A stretch of 52,963 bases of DNA, counting the filler, from Spirochaetales bacterium (lineage in GTDB: Bacteria; Spirochaetota; Spirochaetia; Treponematales; UBA12059): assembly GCA_016928955.1 (NCBI GenBank). It is 2 parts of 2 records of this genome, joined end to end, with 100 filler letters (N's around TTAATTAATTAA, not from the genome) between each part and the next. Parts side by side here need not be neighbours in the genome. Positions count along the whole stretch, not along the records: positions 1 to 27,861 come from JAFGJV010000003.1; positions 27,962 to 52,963 come from JAFGJV010000045.1. One strand, written 5' to 3'. The notes under the pieces are model-generated. The model was not told the origin of the DNA. It worked only from the letters and a program-made list of their open reading frames with translations, and ran no database searches. A program made the position numbers and the translations under genes. How positions within the stretch are numbered: position 1 is the stretch's first letter; each line of letters begins with the position of its first letter. Shown piece after piece: positions 19,743 to 28,222 of this stretch.

Positions 19743-20453
19743 ATGGACAACGAAAACCAGGCCGTAACCCTTCCGCGCATCGGCGACAAGGCCCCCGCGT
19801 TCAAAGTCGTGACCACCCAGGGCGAGATCGACTTTCCCAAGCAGTACGAAGGCCACTGGGTCATCCTGTTCAGCCACCCCGCGGACTTCACGCCCGTGTG
19901 CACCTCTGAATTCATGACCTTTGCCCACCTTGAGCCCGAGTTCGAGAAGCTGAACACCAAACTGGTTGGCCTGTCGGTGGACGGGCTGTACAGCCACATA
20001 GCCTGGCTCCGGACCATCAAGGAGAAGATCGAGTACCGTGGGATGAAAAATATCGAGGTGAAGTTCCCCCTGATCGAGGACATCACCATGGAAATTGCCA
20101 AGAAATACGGCATGATCCAGCCCGGCGAGTCCGGCACCAAGGCCGTTCGCGCGGTGTTTGTCATCGACCCCAAGGGCATCGTCCGCACGGTCATCTACTA
20201 CCCGCTGTCCATGGGCCGCAACTTTGACGAAATGCTACGCGTCATCCAGGCCCTGCAGACCGCGGACGCGTTCAATATCGCCACTCCCGCCGACTGGCGC
20301 CCCGGCGACGACGTGATCGTCCCGACGGCCGGCTCATGTGGCGTGGCCAAGGACCGCATGGACGGCAAGCAGGAGGGCGTCACCTGCCATGATTGGTTCT
20401 TCTGCACCAAAAAGATTTCCAAAGACGAGGTTATGAAGAAGATCCTTAAATAA
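19743..20453 (+). CDS. Peroxiredoxin (Prx6/archaeal-type AhpC/TSA)
   Basis: FSHPADFTPVCTSE, VRAVF, GRNFDE, TPADW, C-terminal CHDWFFC. Confidence 0.96.
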   Translation: MDNENQAVTLPRIGDKAPAFKVVTTQGEIDFPKQYEGHWVILFSHPADFTPVCTSEFMTFAHLEPEFEKLNTKLVGLSVDGLYSHIAWLRTIKEKIEYRGMKNIEVKFPLIEDITMEIAKKYGMIQPGESGTKAVRAVFVIDPKGIVRTVIYYPLSMGRNFDEMLRVIQALQTADAFNIATPADWRPGDDVIVPTAGSCGVAKDRMDGKQEGVTCHDWFFCTKKISKDEVMKKILK

Positions 20454-20597
20454 GGGGCCTGTCCGGGACGAAAGGGCGGGGACACCCCTCCCTTCCTTCC
20501 CGGGCCCTTTCATCCTTCCCCGCGCGTCCGCCCCAATCGGGGCGGACATCAAAGCTTCGGCACACCAGAGCGGGCACCTTCCCGCTGCACTTGAGCC

Positions 20598-22061
20598 TCA
20601 GCGCCGATCCGGCCTGGACGAGTATTTCCTGGTTTTTATCCTTGCCCTCATGGCCTTGGCCTTTTTCAGCAGGGAGTCGTCGAACACCACCACGGTGCCG
20701 GCCAGGTTGAGCACGTCCCCCGATTCCAGCCGGCGCCGGGTTACTTCCTTGTTGTTCACGGTGATGGGCGTGTCCGACACCACCGTGTACGCGTCCTTGG
20801 CTTCGTCGAACAGGATGGTGGCGTGGCTGGACTTGAGCGACGGATTGCCGGCTATGCTCACGTCCGCGTCCGGCGCGGCGCCTATCACGGTCTGCGGCCC
20901 GGCTATCTCAAAGAAGCGTGTCTGTTGTCCGTGGGTCCCGAATAGGAGGCGCACGCCGGCCTTGTCGGTCTCGCGCTCCAGGCGCAGGAGAACCAGGGCC
21001 AGCCACAGGAGGAAGGCCGCGGCTATCAGGAACAGGTACCACAGCTCGGGCCGCACCGTGTTCTGGCCCAGGATGGTGCCCGCGTAATAGTGCCGCACGG
21101 CCGTGAGCCGTCGGCCGTCCGCACTCAGGGCTTCCACCTTGACCCAACGCTTTTCCCCGCGCTCCATGCCGGCCTTGTAGTCAAGCGCCAGCTCGGACAA
21201 CACGTCGGCCCGTATGGTCCTGTATATGGACGTCAATTCGTTTTCGTTCATGGCGTCAAAGGCACGGCCTCCGGAGCCTTCAGCCGTGTCTCCGAGCCGG
21301 GGGTCCTTCTGCGCGCCAAAACGTACGGCGTATATGGTGACGCCATCCCGTACGGCCCGCTCTATCACCGCTTCCGGGGTGGTCTGGCGCGTGCCGGTCT
21401 CGGGGTTGGGTTTGCCGCTCATCTGGGCGTAGGGGAAATTCTCGCCGTCAGACAGCACGATCAGGACGCGGCGGCCCGGTTCCAGGGCAAAGCTCTCCAG
21501 GGCGCGTTCCATGGACAGGTACAATTCCGTGTATGCGTCCGCCGGCGCGGGCTTGGACAGTTCGTCCAGGGCTCGTGCCGCCTCGTTGGCCTGGCCGCCC
21601 GGGGGCACGGCGCTCCAGTAGCGGGTATTGAACACGGCCATGCCCACGGTGTCCTTGGCGGACAGCTCGGCCAAGAAGGCGCGGGCGGCTGTTTTTGCGC
21701 GCTCCACGCGGAGGGCCGCCAGGTCATCCGTATCCGCACCGGCCATGTCCGTCCACATGCTCCCTGAATTGTCCACCAGCAGGAAGAATCGTATGCCCTC
21801 GTCGGCGTTCTCCGTGCTGGACAGCCCCGTGATGGGCCGGGGATCGTAGTCCACTCCGTCGCCAGATTCCCACACCTCAAGGCTGGGGGCACCGGTGGCC
21901 GGGTCGGTGGCCAGGGGCGGCGTGGCCAGATACAGCCGGGTTTCCTGGCTGGACAGGAGCCGTTCCGTGCCTATCTGCGTGATGGACAGGCCCTGGGCTC
22001 CGGCAAAGCCTGCGGCAGCCAGGGCCAAGAGCATGGCTAACGTGTATTTGATCGCGCGCAT
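20598..22061 (-). CDS. Exported vWA domain + TM + cytoplasmic FHA-fold protein
   Basis: Signal peptide (MRAIKYTLAML..), MIDAS DNSGS, LSDGEN, one TM, FHA-like tail (VIG..D....HATI...LESGDVL). Confidence 0.85.
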   Translation of the reverse strand: MRAIKYTLAMLLALAAAGFAGAQGLSITQIGTERLLSSQETRLYLATPPLATDPATGAPSLEVWESGDGVDYDPRPITGLSSTENADEGIRFFLLVDNSGSMWTDMAGADTDDLAALRVERAKTAARAFLAELSAKDTVGMAVFNTRYWSAVPPGGQANEAARALDELSKPAPADAYTELYLSMERALESFALEPGRRVLIVLSDGENFPYAQMSGKPNPETGTRQTTPEAVIERAVRDGVTIYAVRFGAQKDPRLGDTAEGSGGRAFDAMNENELTSIYRTIRADVLSELALDYKAGMERGEKRWVKVEALSADGRRLTAVRHYYAGTILGQNTVRPELWYLFLIAAAFLLWLALVLLRLERETDKAGVRLLFGTHGQQTRFFEIAGPQTVIGAAPDADVSIAGNPSLKSSHATILFDEAKDAYTVVSDTPITVNNKEVTRRRLESGDVLNLAGTVVVFDDSLLKKAKAMRARIKTRKYSSRPDRR

Positions 22062-22114
22062 GGTTGCGTACCTCGTTCCTTTCCCCCGTTCGCCCGGGGC
22101 GGCGCTGGGGGCTT

Positions 22115-23008
22115 TCACGCAAAGTATCCGTATATGAATTTGGCCTTGCCGATGGCAAGGACGTCTTCCGCCTTCAGGGACCTCCTTGAGGGCGCTTCGT
22201 CATTCAGGAGCACCCTGGCATCGGCCTTGGCCGCCTCCACGCTCACCTTGCCGCCGTTCAGCCGGACCGTGGCGTGCACGGGCTCCACGCCGGGATAGCC
22301 CTTGAGCACGATGTCGCATTCGGGAGCCGAGCCTATGCGCAGGGCCTTGCTGAGCACCACGTAATGCTTGCCCTTGAGCGGCCCGTTGAGCAGGAGGAGG
22401 GTGCCGGCGGAAAAGCGGTTCTCAAAGACCAGGTAGGCCACCGCCAGGCAGAGCCCGAAAATGGCCAGGCCGGCCAGGAGCGACGCAGGTTCACCTGGAA
22501 AGAAATGCGACAGGGCGGACAGGGCCGTTCCGCCCAAAAGGCCGCCCAAAAGGCCGCCCAAAAGGCCCACAAGGAGCTTGCGCGACGAGCGGGCTCGGAG
22601 ACCTTCTGTCAGGGCAACAAAGAGACCGATCAGGGTCCAGGCCAGGCCAGAGGCCACGGCCAGGCCAACGCTGTTGCGGGCGCTGGCGCTTTTCCACAGG
22701 GCCGAGCCGGCCGCGAACAGGAAAAGCTGCCCGGCCAGCACGCCCACGGCCCCGGCTCCGGCCCCAAAGGCCGCCCCGAACAGGAAGCCCTTGAAGGCTT
22801 TTGGCCTGGACGACACGACCACGCCCTCAAAGGAGCCGAAAAAGGCCCCAAAGACAGCTCCCAAGAGCACGCCCTGGGCCAGCGAGTACAGGAGGTAGCT
22901 CGGGAAGGCGGGCTGCCAGTATTGCAGTGCCAGGAGGATGGGCCACAAGGCCAGGGCTCCCAGGAGGCCGAACACGGCCATGAATACGCGTTTCAGTGTA
23001 AGTGACAT
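22115..23008 (-). CDS. Gly-rich multi-TM protein with C-terminal FHA-fold domain
   Basis: About six hydrophobic helices, then LLNGPLKGKHY..IGSAPECDIVL..HA..LKAEDVLAIG. Confidence 0.8.
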   Translation of the reverse strand: MSLTLKRVFMAVFGLLGALALWPILLALQYWQPAFPSYLLYSLAQGVLLGAVFGAFFGSFEGVVVSSRPKAFKGFLFGAAFGAGAGAVGVLAGQLFLFAAGSALWKSASARNSVGLAVASGLAWTLIGLFVALTEGLRARSSRKLLVGLLGGLLGGLLGGTALSALSHFFPGEPASLLAGLAIFGLCLAVAYLVFENRFSAGTLLLLNGPLKGKHYVVLSKALRIGSAPECDIVLKGYPGVEPVHATVRLNGGKVSVEAAKADARVLLNDEAPSRRSLKAEDVLAIGKAKFIYGYFA

Positions 23009-23062
23009 ACTGTCGCTCCTTGACGTTCAGTTCACGACGGACGCGTCCGTCCCGGCCGCGTG

Positions 23063-24661
23063 TCAGCGGGCCGGGCGGAGGCTGGCCAACAGCGTAAGCC
23101 TGTCCTGGTCCGGGGCTATGCGAAGAGAGAAAGCCTGCGGCGCGTAACCGTCCGCGTACACGCGGAAATGCCGTACGGCGCCGGTGGTAAGCCAGCCCGC
23201 GGGCAGGGCGCCCTGGGCCAGCCATATTCCGTCAACCAGCACGGACAGCTTGACGTGTTCCAGCTGGGCACCGGTCAGCGCGTCCCTGGCCGTGGCCGTT
23301 ACCCTGAGGGGCCGTGGGGCTTCCTCGTCCAGGCGGTAGTGGAGGGTGATGCCCTCCTTGCCCTCGGGTTTGGCCAGCGCGGGCAGCTCGCAGCTCTCCC
23401 AGAGCACGCTGCCGCCCACGGCCAGCTTTATCCTGTAGGCCCCCGGCGGCAGAAAGAGATCCTCCGAGGCGAAGGAATGGTAGGGGTCGGCGTCCTCTGT
23501 TGGGGCGACCTCAAGCTCGACCGGCGACACTTCCAGCTCTGGCAGTTCGTCGCCGTCGTCTATGAATATCCTGGCCCGCAGGAAGATGTCGTCGGCCGGC
23601 CGGCCATCCCTGGGCACGCGCAGCTCCAGCCTGAGGAGGCCGTAGGAACCGGGCAGTATCCAGCGGTGTATGTAGCCCTTGGTCCACGCCGCGTAGGCGC
23701 CGGCGACCAGGGCCAGCGACAGGGCGGCCAGGGCGGGCACCAGGAGGTTGCGCCTGCGGCCCCGGGGATAGTGGGGTTCCTCGGCCAGGGTACCCTTCAT
23801 GAGGCCGGCAAGGGCCTCGCGCACGGGCTCAGGTTTCCAGCGCTTGAGATGGGCTTCCACCCGCCTGATGACGGCGTCCACTTCCTGGGGGCGCTTGGCT
23901 GGGTTCGGCCGCATGAGCTTGCGTATCAGCTTGTCCACGAACGGAGACACCTTGGCGTTGAGCTTGGCCGCGCGCCTGAACTTGCCCTTGCGCACCATGA
24001 TGAGCGTCTCGGCGGAGAAATTGCCCGGGTAGGGCTTTTTGCCGGTGACCATTTCGTAGAGCATGACGCCCAGGGCGTATATGTCCGCTCGCCTGTCCAC
24101 GTTTTTGGAATTCTCTATTTGTTCGGGGGGCATGTAGCAAGGCGTGCCCAGGGTCATGCCTTCCTTTGTCAGCCCCGAGTCGTCGTCCTCCTCGAACGTG
24201 GCTATGCCGAAATCGGCCAGCTTTACGTCGCCCTTCCTGGATATCAGGATGTTGGCCGGTTTTATGTCGCGGTGAATGACGCCCTGGCCATGGGCGTAGC
24301 TCAGGGCCTTGCAGGCGTCCCGCAGTATGGTCAGCGCCAGCTCGCAGGACAGGAAGCGCTGTTTCTTGATCAGCTGGTCCAACGACATGCCGTCCACGTA
24401 TTCCAGGACCATGTAGTTGGAATTGCCTTCCTTGAAGTGGTCAAACACGCGGACGATGTTTTCGTGCTTGAAGTCTATGAGTATGCGGGCCTCGCGCTTG
24501 AAGCGCTCGGCTATGGCGGAGCTGCCGCGTATGGTCAGCTTCTTGAGGACCACGTAGCGGCGCAGGGTGGGGTGGATGGCCTTGAGCACCGCGCCCATGC
24601 CTCCCCGCGCCACCAGGGATTCTATTTTGTACTTGCCGATAAACTCCGGCAATTCAGCCAT
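23063..24661 (-). CDS. Hanks-type Ser/Thr protein kinase with TM and extracytoplasmic C-terminal domain
   Basis: RGGMGAV, VVLKKL, HRDIKPANIL, DFG, GTPCYMPPE, DIYALG; a TM follows the kinase domain. Confidence 0.95.
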   Translation of the reverse strand: MAELPEFIGKYKIESLVARGGMGAVLKAIHPTLRRYVVLKKLTIRGSSAIAERFKREARILIDFKHENIVRVFDHFKEGNSNYMVLEYVDGMSLDQLIKKQRFLSCELALTILRDACKALSYAHGQGVIHRDIKPANILISRKGDVKLADFGIATFEEDDDSGLTKEGMTLGTPCYMPPEQIENSKNVDRRADIYALGVMLYEMVTGKKPYPGNFSAETLIMVRKGKFRRAAKLNAKVSPFVDKLIRKLMRPNPAKRPQEVDAVIRRVEAHLKRWKPEPVREALAGLMKGTLAEEPHYPRGRRRNLLVPALAALSLALVAGAYAAWTKGYIHRWILPGSYGLLRLELRVPRDGRPADDIFLRARIFIDDGDELPELEVSPVELEVAPTEDADPYHSFASEDLFLPPGAYRIKLAVGGSVLWESCELPALAKPEGKEGITLHYRLDEEAPRPLRVTATARDALTGAQLEHVKLSVLVDGIWLAQGALPAGWLTTGAVRHFRVYADGYAPQAFSLRIAPDQDRLTLLASLRPAR

Positions 24662-24678
24662 GATAGATCTCCTTAGGA

Positions 24679-25695
24679 TCAGCGAGGCTCTGACAACTCG
24701 CCGCTCAGATCCCGTAGTTCGCCTATGTCCCGCTCGGGCTTGAAGTCCCGGTCGGGCAGGGCCCAGGCCACCACGAATTTGCCCGGGTTGTGGATTTGCA
24801 GATGATACCCGGATGAGCGCTCCCGGTACAGGCCCGATATGACTCGGTGGCCGGTAAAATAGCGCGGCCGCTTGACGTCGGGCAACATGCGGGACAGGAG
24901 GCTGGTCACGGAGCCGGGCTCCGCCGCCCCGTTGTCCGTCCAGGTAAGGCCCAGGATGACCTCGTTGGACAGGCGGGCGTTGACCAGCTCGGCGTCCGAA
25001 TACGGCCGCTCGGGCTCGGCGTGCGACGCCAAAAAGCGCGCGCCCACCGCGAACAGCGGCAGGGCCTTCTCAAAGGCGGCGTAGCGCTCCAGAAAATCGT
25101 CGCCATAAAAGCGTTCCAGGTACGAACGGACCATCTCGCCCTCGAGCACGAATTTGCGGAAGGGATGGTTGCCGTCGCCCTCCTCGTTGAGCACGTTCTC
25201 GTGGTTGCCCTTGAGAAAGTGGAAATGCCCGGGGTAGGCCAGCTTGGCCAGCATGACCATTTCCATAAGGCCCATGCTCTCGGCCATCTCCTGGTCCATG
25301 GCGTCGCGCTTGCGCCAGCCGCCCAGGAATTCCAGGTATGCTTCCTGCCAGCGGTCCAGGGCCCGGCTTTCGGCGTGAAAACCGTCGCCCAGGCAGAGTA
25401 TCTGGAGGGCTCCCGCGGCAAGGGCGTCCCGCACGGTACCGCCCTCGGGCAGGGGGCTCTCCATAAGGCTGATGAAAAAATCCCTGCGCGCGTGGAGGTC
25501 GGGCACCACGATGGTAGGCAACCCCGTGTCCAGGCGTATGAGCCCGCCCGGCAGGCCCCGGATGTCCTGTGGCCTCAGGTCGGGCGGCTCTGAGGACAGG
25601 ACGTCCACAGCCGCGTCCGCCAGGGACGCGTATTCCCCTTCCGGAGGCGGTTCCGGCCGCCTGAATGCCCTGATGGTCGCGTCGCGAGCGTTCAT
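24679..25695 (-). CDS. Calcineurin-like metallophosphoesterase (putative PPP-type protein phosphatase)
   Basis: PDLHAR, LGDGFH, LKGNHE, SHA, FTGH motifs. Confidence 0.85.
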   Translation of the reverse strand: MNARDATIRAFRRPEPPPEGEYASLADAAVDVLSSEPPDLRPQDIRGLPGGLIRLDTGLPTIVVPDLHARRDFFISLMESPLPEGGTVRDALAAGALQILCLGDGFHAESRALDRWQEAYLEFLGGWRKRDAMDQEMAESMGLMEMVMLAKLAYPGHFHFLKGNHENVLNEEGDGNHPFRKFVLEGEMVRSYLERFYGDDFLERYAAFEKALPLFAVGARFLASHAEPERPYSDAELVNARLSNEVILGLTWTDNGAAEPGSVTSLLSRMLPDVKRPRYFTGHRVISGLYRERSSGYHLQIHNPGKFVVAWALPDRDFKPERDIGELRDLSGELSEPR

Positions 25696-25714
25696 GCCTG
25701 GCTGATCCCCGGCA

Positions 25715-26242
25715 TCAGCCGATGACCGTCTTATTTACCTCGACAAAATCCTCGGCCAGGTCCTGGCTGACCTGGGTGAGCAGGGCTTCCTCTTCCTCCG
25801 GCTGGAGCTCGTCCTGGGCCACCGCGATCTTGTAAATGGGCGAACTGGTCTTGATGGGTCCTTTGGCAAAGGCCGCCGGCTCGTCCACTTCCAGGTCGGC
25901 CGACAGTTCGGACGCGTCGTCGCTTGCAGCCGGGGGAACATCCGCCCTGAGGCCTATGGACGTGTATTCGCAGTGCCGTGCGCCGTCGCTCAAGGGGCCG
26001 ACGTTCAGGATGGAACCCGAGTAGGTCAGGGCAAGCGCGCCCCGTTCCTCTGCCCGGCCAAAGAACGACACCTCCACCAGCTTGTTGTCCTCAACCGCCT
26101 TCTCGAACAGGTTCTTCTTCTCGAGCCAGGCTGCGGCCATGCGCTCGTAGCTGTCGTCGGTCAGCGGAAGGCCAGAGGTCTTGGCTATCTGCTTGAGGTG
26201 GGCCTGGATTTCCGGACTCAGGGTATTGAAAGACTCCATCAT
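25715..26242 (-). CDS. Hypothetical acidic protein, paralogue of the N-terminal domain of 26498-27394
   Basis: AAGGAGG RBS before ATGATG; shares W.EK..LF, RGA..LTYSGS, EY.SI.LRADVP and SS..Y.IAV with its neighbour. Confidence 0.85.
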   Translation of the reverse strand: MMESFNTLSPEIQAHLKQIAKTSGLPLTDDSYERMAAAWLEKKNLFEKAVEDNKLVEVSFFGRAEERGALALTYSGSILNVGPLSDGARHCEYTSIGLRADVPPAASDDASELSADLEVDEPAAFAKGPIKTSSPIYKIAVAQDELQPEEEEALLTQVSQDLAEDFVEVNKTVIG

Positions 26243-26497
26243 ACGCCTCCTTGATGGACGGGCGGCCGGCCGCGCGCCGTGCGCGGATCGTATGACCGAC
26301 CCCTTCATCAGCCTGATTCATTCTCGGCCCGGACGCAAGACCCAGGCCGCCGCGCCCGCTCGTTGTCCCAACAAGGGCCAGCAAGCGCATCATAGAATAT
26401 GCACGAGCCTGAATGAATTATCAACGGAAAAAAACGGAAAAAAAATTATTTTGGTAAAAAAGCTGAAATTCGGGTTATACTAGGGACGGAGGGACTG

Positions 26498-27394
26498 ATG
26501 GAAGCGAGCGCCTACGAGCTTTTACCCCAAGCGATACGTCTGCAACTGGACGCTTTATTGGCCGACGCCGGCAAGGCCGGGGATCAAGCCGCCCGGGACA
26601 ACCTGGCGTCTATTTGGTCAGAAAAATTCAAGCTTTTTACCGCACAGATTTCGGCCCTGGGCATGCGGGAGATAGACCAGCTGGGGCCGGAAGACCCCCG
26701 GGGGGCCATACTCCTCACATATTCCGGATCCCTCATCAGTCTGGGACCCCGGCGCGGCAAGGACCGCTGGCTGGAATACGCGTCCATCAAGCTCAGGGCG
26801 GACGTGCCCGAGCTGGTCCGGGGCGACAAGATCAACCTGTCGGCACCCGCGCTCAGGGACCAGGCGGCCGTTTTTGAAGGATCGCCGCTTAAGCGCTCGT
26901 CAGCCCTGTACCGCATAGCCGTCTGCCCCGAGGGCATCAGCCCGGACGAGCAGGAACGCCGCGTGCGGGAAGCCACGGTGTACCTGACCAACGGCTTCAT
27001 CAAGCTGAACAAGACCCTGTCTCTGTCTGGCGCGGAAGACGTGGACCAGTTCACGTCCAAGGCCATCATCAACTACGTGGCCAAGAAAAACGGAGTGACG
27101 CAGATTCTGGCCCGGGGGCTCATAGACGACTACCTGTCCATGATAGAAACCGGCATACTGCTGGGCGAACGGGTGTCCGTGGGCAAACTGGGCAGCGCCA
27201 GCCTCCGGTTCCAGGCCGCCCGCAAGGCGCGCCTGGTCAAGAACCTCAAGACCGGTGAGGACCTGCTGGTGCCGGCCAAGCCAGCCATGATGGCCCCGCG
27301 CTTCAAGTTTTCCCAGGCCCTGAAGGACAAATGCACCAGCCTAGATCCCACCTATCTGGGTCAGGACGACGAGGGTGACGACGACGACGATTGA
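26498..27394 (+). CDS. Unknown domain fused to a C-terminal HU/IHF-like DNA-binding domain
   Basis: GGAGG RBS; C-terminal [10 protein letters not shown]...[21 protein letters not shown]...[11 protein letters not shown] is HU/IHF-like; acidic tail. Confidence 0.82.
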   Translation: MEASAYELLPQAIRLQLDALLADAGKAGDQAARDNLASIWSEKFKLFTAQISALGMREIDQLGPEDPRGAILLTYSGSLISLGPRRGKDRWLEYASIKLRADVPELVRGDKINLSAPALRDQAAVFEGSPLKRSSALYRIAVCPEGISPDEQERRVREATVYLTNGFIKLNKTLSLSGAEDVDQFTSKAIINYVAKKNGVTQILARGLIDDYLSMIETGILLGERVSVGKLGSASLRFQAARKARLVKNLKTGEDLLVPAKPAMMAPRFKFSQALKDKCTSLDPTYLGQDDEGDDDDD

Positions 27395-27624
27395 GCCCCG
27401 AGCGGCCCGAAACGGTCCTTGTGCGATGCCTGCTAGCCATTCGCGCGCTTTTCATATATATTCAATCCGACGAGAACAATCGCGAGCGGGCGCGGTCTGC
27501 ATGTGACCGCGCAACCTGCCCGCCACAGCCGCGTCCCGATATCCCGAACGAGGATGCCGGACGGCGCGGGGGCTGGCGTCTGACGCCGGCTCTAGCTCCC
27601 GTTCGTCGTCTTCAAAGGATATCG

Positions 27625-27861
27625 ATGAGTCTTCCCGAATTTGAAGCGCTTGGCCTCGCGCCGGCGTGCGTCAAGGCACTGGCCCACGAGGGCTACGAGT
27701 GCCCCACTCCCATCCAGGCGGCGGCCATACCGCCCCTTCTGGCCGGCAAGGATCTCCTTGGCTGCGCCCAAACAGGCACCGGCAAGACCGCCGCCTTTGC
27801 CCTGCCCACCATACAGCGCCTGTCGCAGTCTCCAAAGCCCAAGGCCAAGCGCTCGGCGCGG
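27625..27861 (+). CDS. DEAD-box RNA helicase (RhlE-like), 5' part only, cut by the contig end
   Basis: Q-motif GYECPTPIQ and motif I AQTGTGKT. Confidence 0.9.
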
Positions 27862-27961
27862 NNNNNNNNNNNNNNNNNNNNNNNNNNNNNNNNNNNNNNN
27901 NNNNNTTAATTAATTAANNNNNNNNNNNNNNNNNNNNNNNNNNNNNNNNNNNNNNNNNNNN
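27862..27961. other. Artificial contig-joining spacer
   Basis: 100-nt N-run with central TTAATTAATTAA, which gives stops in all six frames. Confidence 0.97.
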
Positions 27962-28047
27962 TCCTACCAGAGACGCCCATGGCTTTATGCACCGAAAGCG
28001 GAAAGCCTAGATCGGTGAATTCCGGAAATTTAACATCGGTGATGACA
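27962..28047. mobile_element. Probable IS21-family element terminus
   Basis: Ends in ...TGACA and has two CGGAAA-N6-ATCGGTGA repeats 24 bp apart (27999, 28023); sits at a contig edge. Confidence 0.55.
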
Positions 28048-28051
28048 CATT

Positions 28052-28102
28052 ACTATATAATCCGCAAAAGATAGACTATGTAATCCGTGAAATATAGACT
28101 AT
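28052..28102. repeat. 23-bp tandem repeat (two units plus a partial)
   Basis: ACTATATAATCCGCAAAAGATAG / ACTATGTAATCCGTGAAATATAG / ACTAT. Confidence 0.75.
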
Positions 28103-28222
28103 AAGCCCTCACTTGAGAGGTTATGGTTCGTTTTGTCGTTCATCGCGCGGACACAAGGAATGTCCCAGGATTTCCCCTAAGACTTTCTCTGAGTCTTTGA
28201 GCTGAGCTTTATTGTACTGGTT

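Noticed and set aside
27625..27861. DEAD-box helicase as a pseudogene or part of the kinase system
   Set aside because: It is cut by the contig end, has its own leader and looks like a housekeeping RhlE.
27862..27961. TTAATTAATTAA palindrome within Ns, and any gene linkage across it
   Set aside because: It is an artificial contig linker, so the two sides need not be neighbours.
28052..28102. CRISPR array
   Set aside because: The repeats are contiguous without spacers and no cas genes are present.
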